DNA from: Epithemia pelagica
Taxonomy: Eukaryota; Protista; Bacillariophyta
Length of the DNA: 64,000 bases
NCBI GenBank assembly: GCA_946965045.2
Contig: OX337242.1
Coordinates: 434,001 to 498,000, forward strand
Reading direction: 5' to 3'
Shown here: one piece after another, positions 33,893 to 44,900 of the stretch
Layout of the letters: each line of letters starts with the position of its first letter
Numbering within the stretch: the stretch's first letter is position 1
Program-made: the position numbers and the translations under genes
The notes under the pieces: model-generated
What the model was told of the DNA's origin: nothing
The model's input: only the letters and a program-made list of their open reading frames with translations
Database searches by the model: none

Positions 33893-34783
33893 TAGTAAAC
33901 TTACTCCCTATCAAGCTGTGTAGGTAGTGAGAAATTCCTGGAAGCCATGTCACAAAGTGTCACACAAGTGTCTCACAAGTGTCACACACGAGAGGGAAAC
34001 CGCGCGACTCGCACGAAACTACTTCCCGGTCGTACAAAAAATTCATACTGTAGTATAAAAATGTGAGACGAACTACCTACACAGTCTGGTATGGAGTTAG
34101 TATTGGACGACGTGGGGGACTTTTGGATCCTGTGTAGTGCTCTGTCATACTTTATCATTCACCATCAGGATCATGGTCGTCCTCCTCTGAGTTTGGAAGC
34201 TTACAGGTCCAACCCTTTGCTCGACAACCAGTTCGATATAGTACTACGTATGTACTGAGATTTCTTGTCGAAAGTCTGGAGAAAACAATACTATGAACGA
34301 GAGGTCGCAATTGCTGGAACAACAAAACCACCAACCTATATTCCTTGTCCGAACCTACCACAGTTACTTTTACGATTGAGAAAGAGTTCAAACCCATTGT
34401 ATTAACTCTACATAGGAGTAGAAATTGGCAGAAACTCTGGAACGATTCTTCGTCACTGGTCTCTAGAGAGGCCATGTATACTTGGATACGATTTTCCCAC
34501 CATAGCCGTTGCCATTGTTCGTTGTCTACTGTCTACACGCCCATGGCTCAATCCATGCAGAGTAACAAGTGTATTAAACACTAAAATAAGAGAAATAAAA
34601 GGTTCGAGACTCGAGAGTGTCTTTTGGACTGAATATATACGCAATGGAACCATCTTACCTAGCATCTAGACTTATCCGGAGAGCCCCATTCGGATTCTTG
34701 CCGTTCACGGTACCAAAATCGATCCCATGTCATTTCCCATTCCAAATTGGAGATAATTGGAATGCATTGTCTCGGCTTCGCAC

Positions 34784-35270
34784 CAGGGTGACCGGAGTCT
34801 AATTATACCCCCACTTTTAGACCCGGTCTAAAAGGGTATAATTATTTTAGACAGAGGTCGAGTCTAAAATAAAATTTTTAGACTCTTAACCTTAACCCTT
34901 CAGTAGTGCCGTCACCACTGCGTGAGTATTGTAGGAGACCGTTCTGCCTCATTCATCTCAATTCTCAATGCCATCGCAATGAACAAAGTAAAATCTCAGT
35001 TATCCTCTCTCATGCTTAGAGAGTGCAAGAACAATGTTATCCATACCATCCAATAACTTAGATGATGAAGCTATGAGGTCCTCTGGATGTGTTGTCATAG
35101 ACAATGCTCGCTCCTAGTAGCTGGCTGTCTAGGGTTAGGGTTATTGCTTCGCCGTACAAAACCACGGAGAGATTTTAGACCCTATTTTAGACATTTTATA
35201 CAGTCTAAAAGTACTTTTAGATTTTTATTTTAGACCCGAAATATCTTAGACTGTCTAAACGGTCACCCTG
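34784..35270. mobile_element. 487-bp non-autonomous TIR DNA transposon (MITE; P- or hAT-like termini) with a 7-bp TSD
   Basis: Perfect 11-bp TIR CAGGGTGACCG...CGGTCACCCTG. TSD TTCGCAC at 34777-34783 and 35271-35277. About a dozen subterminal GTCTAAAA/TTTTAGAC motifs. Confidence 0.92.
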
Positions 35271-36194
35271 TTCGCACATGTTAGGGGCAATGAATTTTGT
35301 CTGTTGTCTCGTCTTCTCACATGTTTGGGGCAATTATCAGTGCGAAGGGAAGGCATCTTGGTCGCGGTCGTGTCATTGCTCATCCGAACGGATCACCTTT
35401 TGTACGAGTACCCGTTACCCGTAGGTCCTATTATTGTACGAGCTTTGCTCCTTGGAGCAATGAGGGAGGCCCAAGACTCGACCTAAGAAGTTGATAGGGA
35501 TAGACCATCTCAAAATAGACTCTAGTTTTTTGTACACCATCTGAAAACGGAGGTCACGGCGATTCGGGCTTTAACACGATTATGGCCCTTGCAGTCCCTA
35601 CCAGGTGAACTTTTAAAGTCCTTCGACCAGCGCTCCGACTTGCGAAGAGGAAGCGAAACAACACCAAAGACGCGATCTCTCCGTTCCTTATTCCTTATAT
35701 CTACTATTATTCATTTCTTATGGACAAGGCGTGTGTCATGGCCCCTCTCTCTTTTATTTCGCTCGGTATGGCTGTATTCCCTCGCTCCTCGAGCATCGAT
35801 GTGAGAAGTGAGAAACGAAGAAGTGTGAGAACCGGGGGCATCTTTTGCTTCCGCAACGACACACATTCACACTACTACACACAAGATCAACCAAAACCAA
35901 GGACAACACGAGACGAGAAGAGGCGGCGGACAAACTATACACCAAACGTCTCTCCACAGAATAATAATAGCACCTCCTGACAGGCAGTGTGGAGAGCACC
36001 ATTCCCGGAATTTGTTGGGGCATTCTCACTAGATTGCTCACACAAAACGCTCTCGTGTGTCTTCAACAACAACAACAATAGTCTCATTGTTTTTCTCACT
36101 TCGCCTCTCTACATGGCATAACAACAACAACAACACAGTTCGATCGAGGTTTCGAAATTTCAACCACACCACTATCCACTAAACAAACAACAAC

Positions 36195-39100
36195 ATGACG
36201 GACACGATTCCCTCCATGATTGTCTGGGTCGATGGCTGCGGAAGTACCAGTGGCCGAACCTTTGCTAGACATACCTATAATAATGAGGAGGAGGATGCTC
36301 CTCCGAAACGAAGAGGACAACGTCGTCCTCGACCAGGTACTGCTGCAACAACTACGACAGAGGAGCACGAGGAGAACCCGAAATCCTCGCAACCGGGAAA
36401 CACCACCACAACACCAACAACAACACCACTTACCAACCACCATTGCCACACGAATCATGCAGATGACAATGCATCCTCCTCTTCTTCGGAATCTGAAGTG
36501 GAACACGGCAACCAGCATCAACATTCCTCTTCCTCTTCTTCATCATCCTCGTCTTCTTCATCATTCTCCTCTTGTCGTCGTCGTCTAGCGACTCGCCGCA
36601 ATGTTCCTCGTTCCATTCCCTTGCGTTGGAAATTGGTACGCCAAGAACGATTTTCGTCCAAACAGCAACATCGAAATGCGGCGTCATTGTGTTGGACGGC
36701 CGCCACCTTGGCGTCGGCCCTCCAAAACCAACAACAACAAGAAGAAGAAGACGAACCACAACAAGAGCCGAAGCAAGAAGTCCCAATTGAGGTGATGCCG
36801 GCATTCGTTCCAACTCCAAGCAACCAGGCCGATACTCGCAATCCTCCAAAGGACAATAAACTTCCTCAAGACCAACAAGACAACGAGGAGGAAGAAGAAG
36901 ACGATGACATTTACGATGAAGATTATTATTTGAGCAATGGGGAGGACCACGACAATCTAGTAGATGAGCAACTAGAGGACGACGAAGAAGAAGAAACAGA
37001 AGAGGAAGAGGAAGATTCCGTCTCGGAGTATAGCGAATCACTGGCCGAGGCAAGTACCTTGGAAGATAGTACCAGTTATCGATTGTATGGAGACTCGGGC
37101 AATCGCAACAGCCATCGATTGTTTCCACCACCACCACACCGAGGAGCACGGCTCACATCGTGGTCCCATCACGAAACTACCCCTGCTACCAGGGCTACCC
37201 CTGCTACCTCTTCCCCTCGCCCGGCCACACGACGACTCTCGCAATCCTTTCACAACACTCCAGCCCCTCACCAGCAATTGAATGAGGAGTATCCCTCCCG
37301 ATCGTGCTACTCCACTCATGCAGCAGGAGGGGGTCGTCGTCGGGGTGGTCGTCGCAATGCGGCTGCTGTTGGTTTGCCGTTGGCATCCTGTCCAGCCGTG
37401 GTACGGTCCACGTCCTTTCAGCAACTCGAAACTCCCACCAACGGTTGTCCCACAACACCCACGCGCTTGTTTGCCTCCCAAGCCGTGGTCCTTTGTTCTT
37501 GCTCCGCATCGTCCTTGTCTGGTCAGTCGTCCTTGACCACACCTTCCTCCCTGGTACGACAATCCCCTGCTGCTGGTGCCGCTTGTCGGTGGAAGGGTCC
37601 CGAATCGGCCGCGACAACCACTCCACCCTTGGCGGGAACACGGCGGGCTTCAGTCGAACAAACCACTACCACTACTACACGAAATCCAACGGTGGACCAA
37701 ACAAAGGACGCTGCCAAAACCTCGGTGCGACAGTCTCCAGAACCAGAACCGACAACCACGACCACGGCATTGTTTCAAGTGTGCGAAAGTGACCATGAGG
37801 AGGATACTGAAAACATCACTAACAAGGAGAAACTCCCAACCGACATGGATCAAGTCTCTTCTTCTTCTCCTTCTCGAATCGAGCCACCCATGAGTCCACA
37901 ACAAGCACAACAACAACAACCACAAGGACAGGTACTACAGCAGCCACCACACTCGCACCACCAGGAAACGACCACGGTGACCACCACCACCACAACCACG
38001 ACACTGGTCTTTCCCCCCACCCCCACCTGCCCGTACCCCGTACCAGCGCAACGACGCAAAAAGACCACCGTGACTACAACGACTACTACCACTACGACTC
38101 CTTCTCCCAAACAACAGGCTACCGAGACGAAGAAGAACGACCAAAAGGAGGAGGAGAAACAAACGGACCGTGTCTCCTTGTCCTCCTGGTTGTCACCTCC
38201 CCCAAACAAGAGTCTCACCAAAGAGGATACGACTACTAGCATCGAAAAGAAAACCAAGACACAAGAGGAGGAAGAAGATGAGGATGACCAGAGCATTCAG
38301 TCCTTGACCAAGATTCACGAATCATGGAAGAATCATGCAACCACCCACAAGGGTGAACTCATGCAAGATCCATCCTGTTGCTGGGACAACAACAACAATC
38401 TCAAACTCATGATGGAACAGTATTGCTCGGCCACCTCCCTCATGACGGATGATTCCTCTACTATTTTCAGTACCAACGGTGGTGGTCCAACCACAACAAC
38501 AACATCAGCAGGGCGACAAGAACCACAACCAGAATCTTCGTCACCCAAGGAAACCGAAACAAATGCATCGTCACAGAACCCACCACAGCCATCCTCGGAC
38601 AGTTCACGGATTCCTATTCAACCATGTGGCAGGGTAACTCCTCCTCCTCAAGACAACGATCATGACAGGAGTTCCAAGGATGGATCGGGAGCCTCTACAT
38701 CTCCGTCTACCACAACGATTCAACTGCTTCAACGATTGGTGGCACCACCCTCCTCCTGTCCTACAGATGATGATATTCATGAGGAGGAGGGTATAGGCCT
38801 TTCTCGACAAGTCTCGGCCAAGTCCTTGGCAACTACCGAGTCGACCGCCACTGCAACCACAACCCTACCTCCCTCGTCGTCGTCTTATGAAGGTCCTTCG
38901 GCCAACTGTCGCACTTCAGTTGCTCCTCCTCCTCCTCTGTCTTCTCTGGGACCGTTGTCCTCCTCCTTTTCGAATAGTGCCGTCTCGAGCACCGACGGCT
39001 CGGCCCAGGAATGGAATACCCAACAGTCTCCAGAACCAGGGAACAGGAACCGTACCAATGGACGGCGGGATGTCACATCCCTTGCTTCATTCTCAAACTC

Positions 39101-40235
39101 TCCACCATTGTCATCGTCCAGTAACTCGTCTCGTGCCGGCCGAGTCACATCCCCTCGTATTCGCCGAACGTATGTATCGAGACATACAAACAACACGAAC
39201 AAGCTGTGGACCAGAAGTCAATCCTTGACATCGCCTCTGTCACATGTCGAACCCAACAACATGTCCATTGCCGCTCTCCGTAAGGGTGAAGAGAAGGCGC
39301 AAAAGGAAGAATCATGGACACTCCGAAACCCATCGACTCCTCAGTCCTCCTCTGGTGATTGTCGTGACAGTCTCAAGAAACCAACCAAGAAACCGTCCAA
39401 ACTAACGCAAGCACAACCAACAAAATCTCGACCACCTGCCGGTGGCCTTCGTCGTCGTCGACAAGTGCACTTTGCACCGGTAGAAGGAGGAGGACGAAAG
39501 GGCATCCCCCTTCTGACAATTCACGAATATACCCCACCCGAATCGGACGACCATGGACAACTGGATCCAGTCATTGGCTGTAGATCCAAAACCAAGGAGC
39601 AAGGTGATTTATTCTACAGTAGCAAGTTGGACAAACTCCTCAAGTGTACCAGCAACAAATTCACTCAAGTGGACACGTACTCCGCTGTAGATGACTGGGA
39701 CAAGTTTGATGAATGGTCGACAGGGAGCTCCTATGAAAGCATTGGTGATGGGAGTGTGGATGACTACTTTTCCAACCACCCCGGACGGTCTTTTGTGGAA
39801 ACTCACACGGATGAAACGGTACGAGCAGCCTGCAGGCTCGCCTTGACGCACTTGTACTTTTCGCATTCTCCCCGCGGGGATCAGTTGCAAAAGGATATTG
39901 TAGAAAACTCCTTGTCCGAATTGGACAAACTCTACGCACTTCCCTCATCTCGCAAATCAAATGGCAGGCGCAAGGGTAAGAAGGGACAATCCTTAGTGGA
40001 TGGAGAAGAAGATACCTTGCGTGGACTAGAAGCCTTGTTGTGCTTTCAAATGGTCCGTAACGTGCGTACGGCACATGTGCAAAACGTGCTTTCCACCGCG
40101 GCCCGCCAAAATGTCTCGGCTCCCAAGTTGCGTCAAGCATCGATGCAAACCTCACGTCCCTTTCGTCACATGGCGGTGCAAATGGCCAAATTCGATACAA
40201 GACAAGCACTCAAGGCGGTCTTGTTGAAATGGTAG
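36195..40235 (+). CDS. 1346-aa low-complexity hypothetical protein with a C-terminal helical domain (RGLEALL...AHVQNVL...LRQASMQTSRPFRHMAVQMAKFD)
   Basis: Single 4-kb stop-free ORF from ATG. The C-terminal motif resembles a widespread diatom family of unknown function. Confidence 0.8.
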   Translation: MTDTIPSMIVWVDGCGSTSGRTFARHTYNNEEEDAPPKRRGQRRPRPGTAATTTTEEHEENPKSSQPGNTTTTPTTTPLTNHHCHTNHADDNASSSSSESEVEHGNQHQHSSSSSSSSSSSSSFSSCRRRLATRRNVPRSIPLRWKLVRQERFSSKQQHRNAASLCWTAATLASALQNQQQQEEEDEPQQEPKQEVPIEVMPAFVPTPSNQADTRNPPKDNKLPQDQQDNEEEEEDDDIYDEDYYLSNGEDHDNLVDEQLEDDEEEETEEEEEDSVSEYSESLAEASTLEDSTSYRLYGDSGNRNSHRLFPPPPHRGARLTSWSHHETTPATRATPATSSPRPATRRLSQSFHNTPAPHQQLNEEYPSRSCYSTHAAGGGRRRGGRRNAAAVGLPLASCPAVVRSTSFQQLETPTNGCPTTPTRLFASQAVVLCSCSASSLSGQSSLTTPSSLVRQSPAAGAACRWKGPESAATTTPPLAGTRRASVEQTTTTTTRNPTVDQTKDAAKTSVRQSPEPEPTTTTTALFQVCESDHEEDTENITNKEKLPTDMDQVSSSSPSRIEPPMSPQQAQQQQPQGQVLQQPPHSHHQETTTVTTTTTTTTLVFPPTPTCPYPVPAQRRKKTTVTTTTTTTTTPSPKQQATETKKNDQKEEEKQTDRVSLSSWLSPPPNKSLTKEDTTTSIEKKTKTQEEEEDEDDQSIQSLTKIHESWKNHATTHKGELMQDPSCCWDNNNNLKLMMEQYCSATSLMTDDSSTIFSTNGGGPTTTTTSAGRQEPQPESSSPKETETNASSQNPPQPSSDSSRIPIQPCGRVTPPPQDNDHDRSSKDGSGASTSPSTTTIQLLQRLVAPPSSCPTDDDIHEEEGIGLSRQVSAKSLATTESTATATTTLPPSSSSYEGPSANCRTSVAPPPPLSSLGPLSSSFSNSAVSSTDGSAQEWNTQQSPEPGNRNRTNGRRDVTSLASFSNSPPLSSSSNSSRAGRVTSPRIRRTYVSRHTNNTNKLWTRSQSLTSPLSHVEPNNMSIAALRKGEEKAQKEESWTLRNPSTPQSSSGDCRDSLKKPTKKPSKLTQAQPTKSRPPAGGLRRRRQVHFAPVEGGGRKGIPLLTIHEYTPPESDDHGQLDPVIGCRSKTKEQGDLFYSSKLDKLLKCTSNKFTQVDTYSAVDDWDKFDEWSTGSSYESIGDGSVDDYFSNHPGRSFVETHTDETVRAACRLALTHLYFSHSPRGDQLQKDIVENSLSELDKLYALPSSRKSNGRRKGKKGQSLVDGEEDTLRGLEALLCFQMVRNVRTAHVQNVLSTAARQNVSAPKLRQASMQTSRPFRHMAVQMAKFDTRQALKAVLLKW

Positions 40236-40716
40236 TCAGTCAAACTGTCTGGGGTCTCATCGCGACCAAAATAATACTATTATAGTTGCATGAGTTATCC
40301 TGGAAACTCTCCGACACCCACCACCGTGTCGGTTCCTCCGTCGTCTCCGTGTTCGTACCACACCAAACTTGCGCGAACATAGATTGTTTAGGAAATATCT
40401 TGACAGTGGACTTTGTTGTCCGATGTCCGTCCTGGACCTCTCTACGGAGGGTGTCCGGTAAGGAGGACGACATCAAAACTTTATAATACTGGGTCTACCT
40501 GAGCACTTAGCCTCATCATCAAAGGTGTTTGTTGTCCATGTTTCCGCCACCTCATAGCATCCATAGCATAACAAAATACTTACACCCTTAACACTCCCAT
40601 TAGATTTTCAAAACACTGGCAGTCATCCCCCAATCTACCCCCAATTTACCCCCGATTATCAATAAGGCCTTTGATCAATCTCATGGCTCAGTGTCGGATG
40701 CTTGTTCACAGTTGAA

Positions 40717-42000
40717 ATGCAAAAGACGAACCGGGCCTCACAGCCCTCGTTTCCCATGCGATCCAAAGGGATGTGGGTCGTCCTGGGATGTGCCATGGCT
40801 GCCCTATGGATGATGATGTGTGATGAATGGGTGCTTCTCAAAATGTACTACAGCCAAGAAAACATGCCTCTCACACTCCATTACGTAAACCACACAGCAA
40901 ACAACAGCAACGAGAAGAAGAACCAAACAAGCAAGAAACAAGAAGTAAATGTTGTTTCTGATCCCCATGACACCAGAACGAACAAGACAACAACTCCAGA
41001 TTGGATTCTTCCCAATGTGTTACTGGCGGGGGTGCAAAAGTCAGGTACCACAGCCGTTTTCGAATATCTGAGACGAACGTTTGGAAGCCGAAACACGTCC
41101 ACTCCTACGCACGATCATCCCTTGTGTATTGCACGTATACTTCCTGGTATGAGACACTATCAAAACAAGGAACCTCATTTCTTTAATGATGTTTCCTTTC
41201 GTAAAGGCGTCTCTTATTATTCCAGTCTCTACGAACACTGTCAACCACAATCACCATCACCAGAGTTTACCCCACTCATACTGGATGCAACACCCAATTC
41301 ATTTACTCGAGCAGATCGTATCGCGCACTTTTACAAAACTCATGCCACACCAGAACAATTTCGCTCCCTAAAAATTCTCATCATTTTGCGGGAACCTGTG
41401 CAACGCGAATTGTCTTGGTACCATCATATGGAACGCGATATGGAGAAACACCTTCAGAAACACCTTCCTGACCAGGCACTCCCCAGTTATGTCCGTTCCC
41501 TTCGACGGCCTAACACAACCGATTCAAAAAATGAGACAACGATTGCTCCCTCACTTATCACCTTTGAAGAACGCATGAACCAATCAATTTTGCCCACCTT
41601 GATCAATGGACGGGGACCCAATAGGGAATTTTATAGTGTTTATGCACGCTGGGTAAAGGAATGGTTTCTTCACTTTGATCGATCGCAGCAAATTTTGTTA
41701 CTCAGCTACGACGAATTGAAGACGAATCCGCAGAGATTTGTGGAACGACTGCATGCCTTTCTGCAGCAACCACCACCGAAAGAAGAAAGCACTGGAAGCA
41801 GTCGCAATCGTGCTGTGGTGCCCCCGGCAAACTCTATACATGCCAAGGACCAAGACACGCCATCTTGTGAATTGCAGAAGAAGTGGTACGATATTTTTGA
41901 ACCATACAGTCAAGAATTTTACAAACTCTTGAATGCCAGTTCGGGTCCGCCTATGGAACAATCACCCTTTCCTCCTTTTCGATTTCGTTGCGCAACATAA
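40717..42000 (+). CDS. Type-II membrane sulfotransferase (heparan sulfate 3-O/N-sulfotransferase-like, Sulfotransfer_1 fold)
   Basis: TM segment WVVLGCAMAALWMMMC; PNVLLAGVQKSGTTAVFEYL; KEPHFF; DATPNSF; KILIILREPVQRELSWYHH; YARWVKEWF...ILLLSYDEL. Confidence 0.92.
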   Translation: MQKTNRASQPSFPMRSKGMWVVLGCAMAALWMMMCDEWVLLKMYYSQENMPLTLHYVNHTANNSNEKKNQTSKKQEVNVVSDPHDTRTNKTTTPDWILPNVLLAGVQKSGTTAVFEYLRRTFGSRNTSTPTHDHPLCIARILPGMRHYQNKEPHFFNDVSFRKGVSYYSSLYEHCQPQSPSPEFTPLILDATPNSFTRADRIAHFYKTHATPEQFRSLKILIILREPVQRELSWYHHMERDMEKHLQKHLPDQALPSYVRSLRRPNTTDSKNETTIAPSLITFEERMNQSILPTLINGRGPNREFYSVYARWVKEWFLHFDRSQQILLLSYDELKTNPQRFVERLHAFLQQPPPKEESTGSSRNRAVVPPANSIHAKDQDTPSCELQKKWYDIFEPYSQEFYKLLNASSGPPMEQSPFPPFRFRCAT

Positions 42001-42283
42001 CGTTCCTGAGTGAAATAGTTTTCATTTTGCATACACGTATATGAAGAAGGAATCTAGCAATCTTTATTCGTTCTTATAAAGATGAATCCAAGTTTCGCCA
42101 ACTGAAAATTGAAGTAAGTTGCTGTGACCAAAAATAACTTATACACTCTAGACAAGTAAGTAACTGAAAAGACGTTTAATCTACTATAGGTCTGTCATTC
42201 GAAAAACACCGGTCCTTGGATGGTGGGGACTGTCGCAGAAGCTTGTCCAAACAAGATGTCCGTTTTGATTTGTAGGCAGTGCG

Positions 42284-43821
42284 CTACTTGTGCTTATCCG
42301 TATTACAATTGACAAAGCAGTGCTCCAGGGAAGCCTTGTCCACTTGCAGTTGAATGTGATGGATTTCGGCAAATCCTCCAAAACGCCGAGGCGGGAGCGA
42401 GGGCCAGGACTCGCGATTTACCACATTGTACTTGCTTTGTTTCCATCCACCGGTCGACGTCACTGAAGGACTAAGACCCTGAGTAGTTAAGAAACGAGGC
42501 GTTAGGTAAGAAAACTCACAGTCCCAAGTCATATTTTGGATGTAGTTGGCCACGTAGGAACGAAAGAGGTACTTCTAATTACTCTTGCAAAACCATTGCG
42601 CGCGCAACAATTACTTACAGTTCTTTGAAACCGCCGCATTCGATTTTTGTTAGTTTGTAGTGCCTTACGAATTCGTCGGCCTCGTGTATGATGCTCGTCC
42701 GATTGCGAAATGGTTGTCAAGACATGATCAGCCTCCGGTCGATGAGGCACAGTCTCGTTCTTGTAGCGAGGATCGCGACACCTCACCAATCCCAAAAACA
42801 TGAGGCGATAAAACATATCACTGTCTTCCCAACCCCATCCTTGAAATTGATTGTCCATCCCATTGATACTCGCCCAATGTTGCTGATGAATCGTCATGAC
42901 ACCACCAGCATAATTGCGGAAAGGAATGTCAAAAAGATTACTCTGCGATAGGCTCGCCAAATGATTAGGATAAGAACAGCTGTGGTAAAGAGGCGTAACA
43001 AACATAGCTGGAATCATATCCACATCATGAATAGTGACACATTCGGTGTCTACCGAGACATGATCCAATCCGGCATTCATCAACAGCGCTCGATTGAACA
43101 ATTCACTATCTGCCTGATCCATAATAAACAAAGAGAACTCATGCTCGGACTGGTTCAAATCTTTTTGGTAGTGATAATAAAGGTAGTAGTCCATGTAATC
43201 AATGAATCGCTTCAAATGATAGGGTCGATCGCGGTAAGGAATAACAATGGCATGCTTGTGGCGTTTGGGTGACTCCTGGCCCGGCTGAAGTGTTGGACCA
43301 TTCGTGTGTTGCGCCGTTGTGTGATTAAAGGAGGATTGGAGGGCTTTTTTCGAGTCTTTTGTCGTGCTTGCTTGTCCGAATGGAGAGTGTATCACCCAGG
43401 AATCTTCCAGTTCCACTGATACTTCTTCGCAGAGGTTCAAACTGAGACCTTTCGTTCCATTGAAATGATAGAGACGTGGTTTTTGAACCGTCTCTTGTGG
43501 CAAACTCGACAAGATGTACTCCAACCATTGCCGCTTTTGGTGGACGCGTTGTGTCCAATTGACAGTTAGAGACATGGCAGTTGAGGACGTGGCTGAGAAT
43601 AAACTCTGTTCTTGACCATCATTGCTTGTTATCGTCATGCGTTGACCAAGCGTCAACAAGTAACCAACATCTGGATCCACGTCGCGCCAAAGGAATAAGG
43701 TATTTGAAAGGGACGCAAGAAAAAGCAAAAGATAGAAAACATGAAAACTTGTTCCCTTGTTGATTCGCAATCGCTCATTCGTTGGGAGTTTGAAATGCCG
43801 TCTCAATCTCGTGGTGCTCAT
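42284..43821 (-). CDS. GT7 beta-1,4-galactosyltransferase-like protein, copy A; 2 exons: 43821-42619 and 42478-42284
   Basis: HAIVIPYRDRPYHL, FNRALLMNAG, IHDVDMIP, YAGGVMT, INGMDNQFQGWGWEDSDM and N-terminal TM. A 140-nt GTAAGT...CTCAG intron restores RRFQRT|GLSPSVT, matching the paralog's RRFRRSGLSPSLT. Confidence 0.92.
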
Positions 43822-44529
43822 GGTATCCGAATTATTTGTGAGACAGTGTATGGGCTTCTTTGTGTGGATGGAAACTTTTGAATGAAAAATATCGGCTGGC
43901 GCGAGTCAAACGTTTTTCATGAGCCAGCCTCTTCTCATCCCCAGCGGAGATGATCTCGTCAACTGTTCAATAGCATTATGATCCGACAACAAATGATTGC
44001 GATGGGAGCTACGAGGATTAGCAGAAGGGATAACGGGTAGTTACAATAACGGCTCGTTTCTACTCATGCTATGTCCTGAGAGCGGTTGACGGTTGACTAT
44101 TACTCGTAATAAGCCCTTAGGCTTAGGAGGAGGAGGAGGAGGAGTACTAGAGAGGTATTTCTATTATGCGTCTCCTATGGGGCGATCCCACGATCTTTGA
44201 TGTCAACCATTGTTGTTGATGATGATGATGAGCAATCTAAGTAGTTGTAGTCTCTAGGAGAAATGTCGATGGAGAATACAGTAGAAGTGCGTCTTTGAAA
44301 ACTAGTTGTCCGTTGCCACTCTGCCGAATGTCAACGAGCCGCACTCTACGTTTCACTGTCGACAGGGTATCCATATAAGATCTAGCTCAACCTTGGTTGC
44401 CTTGCAAGCGAAACCTTCAGAAAATCAGTCGGTCCACTGCCTAACGAGATTCCGATGCGGGAACCATGTTTCAAAGAGCGTTCCATGATGTAATGGCGAC
44501 CCTAAGGTATATTGAACGGATGCATCACA

Positions 44530-44666
44530 TTTCGTCTGCTTTTCCAAACAAAGATAACGAAGGAAGCCATTGCCGGGTGGATCTATGTGAACCATGCGTT
44601 GGCTTTCAACACACTTACCCATCTCATTGCAACCTCCTGGATCCAAACCAGTACTCCATTTGAAGC
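44530..44666 (+). pseudogene. Relic fragment of a second copy of the membrane-lipoxygenase gene
   Basis: Near-identical to 48755-48885 (TKEAIAGxIYVNxALAFNTLxHLIATSWxQTSTP), including the upstream intron acceptor. Several differences are synonymous. The flanks have no long ORF. Confidence 0.85.
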
Positions 44667-44900
44667 TCGGCATTCCGAGAGCATTCATGTCTCTCTGCTT
44701 GGGTCTGTTCCAATGTATTTTATACAGCGTGTGACATAGTTTGGAACTGGCGTTTGTTTCTTTCAACCTGTTTGAAACAATGATTCCCGTCTCGTGTGAA
44801 AGCACAGTGGTCACCCTCGTCGCAAGCAAACTCATTGCTATCCTTGACTCTGATGGAGTGCAGGGTCTTGAGATGTTGTCCCCTGTTATTGAGACGGCGG

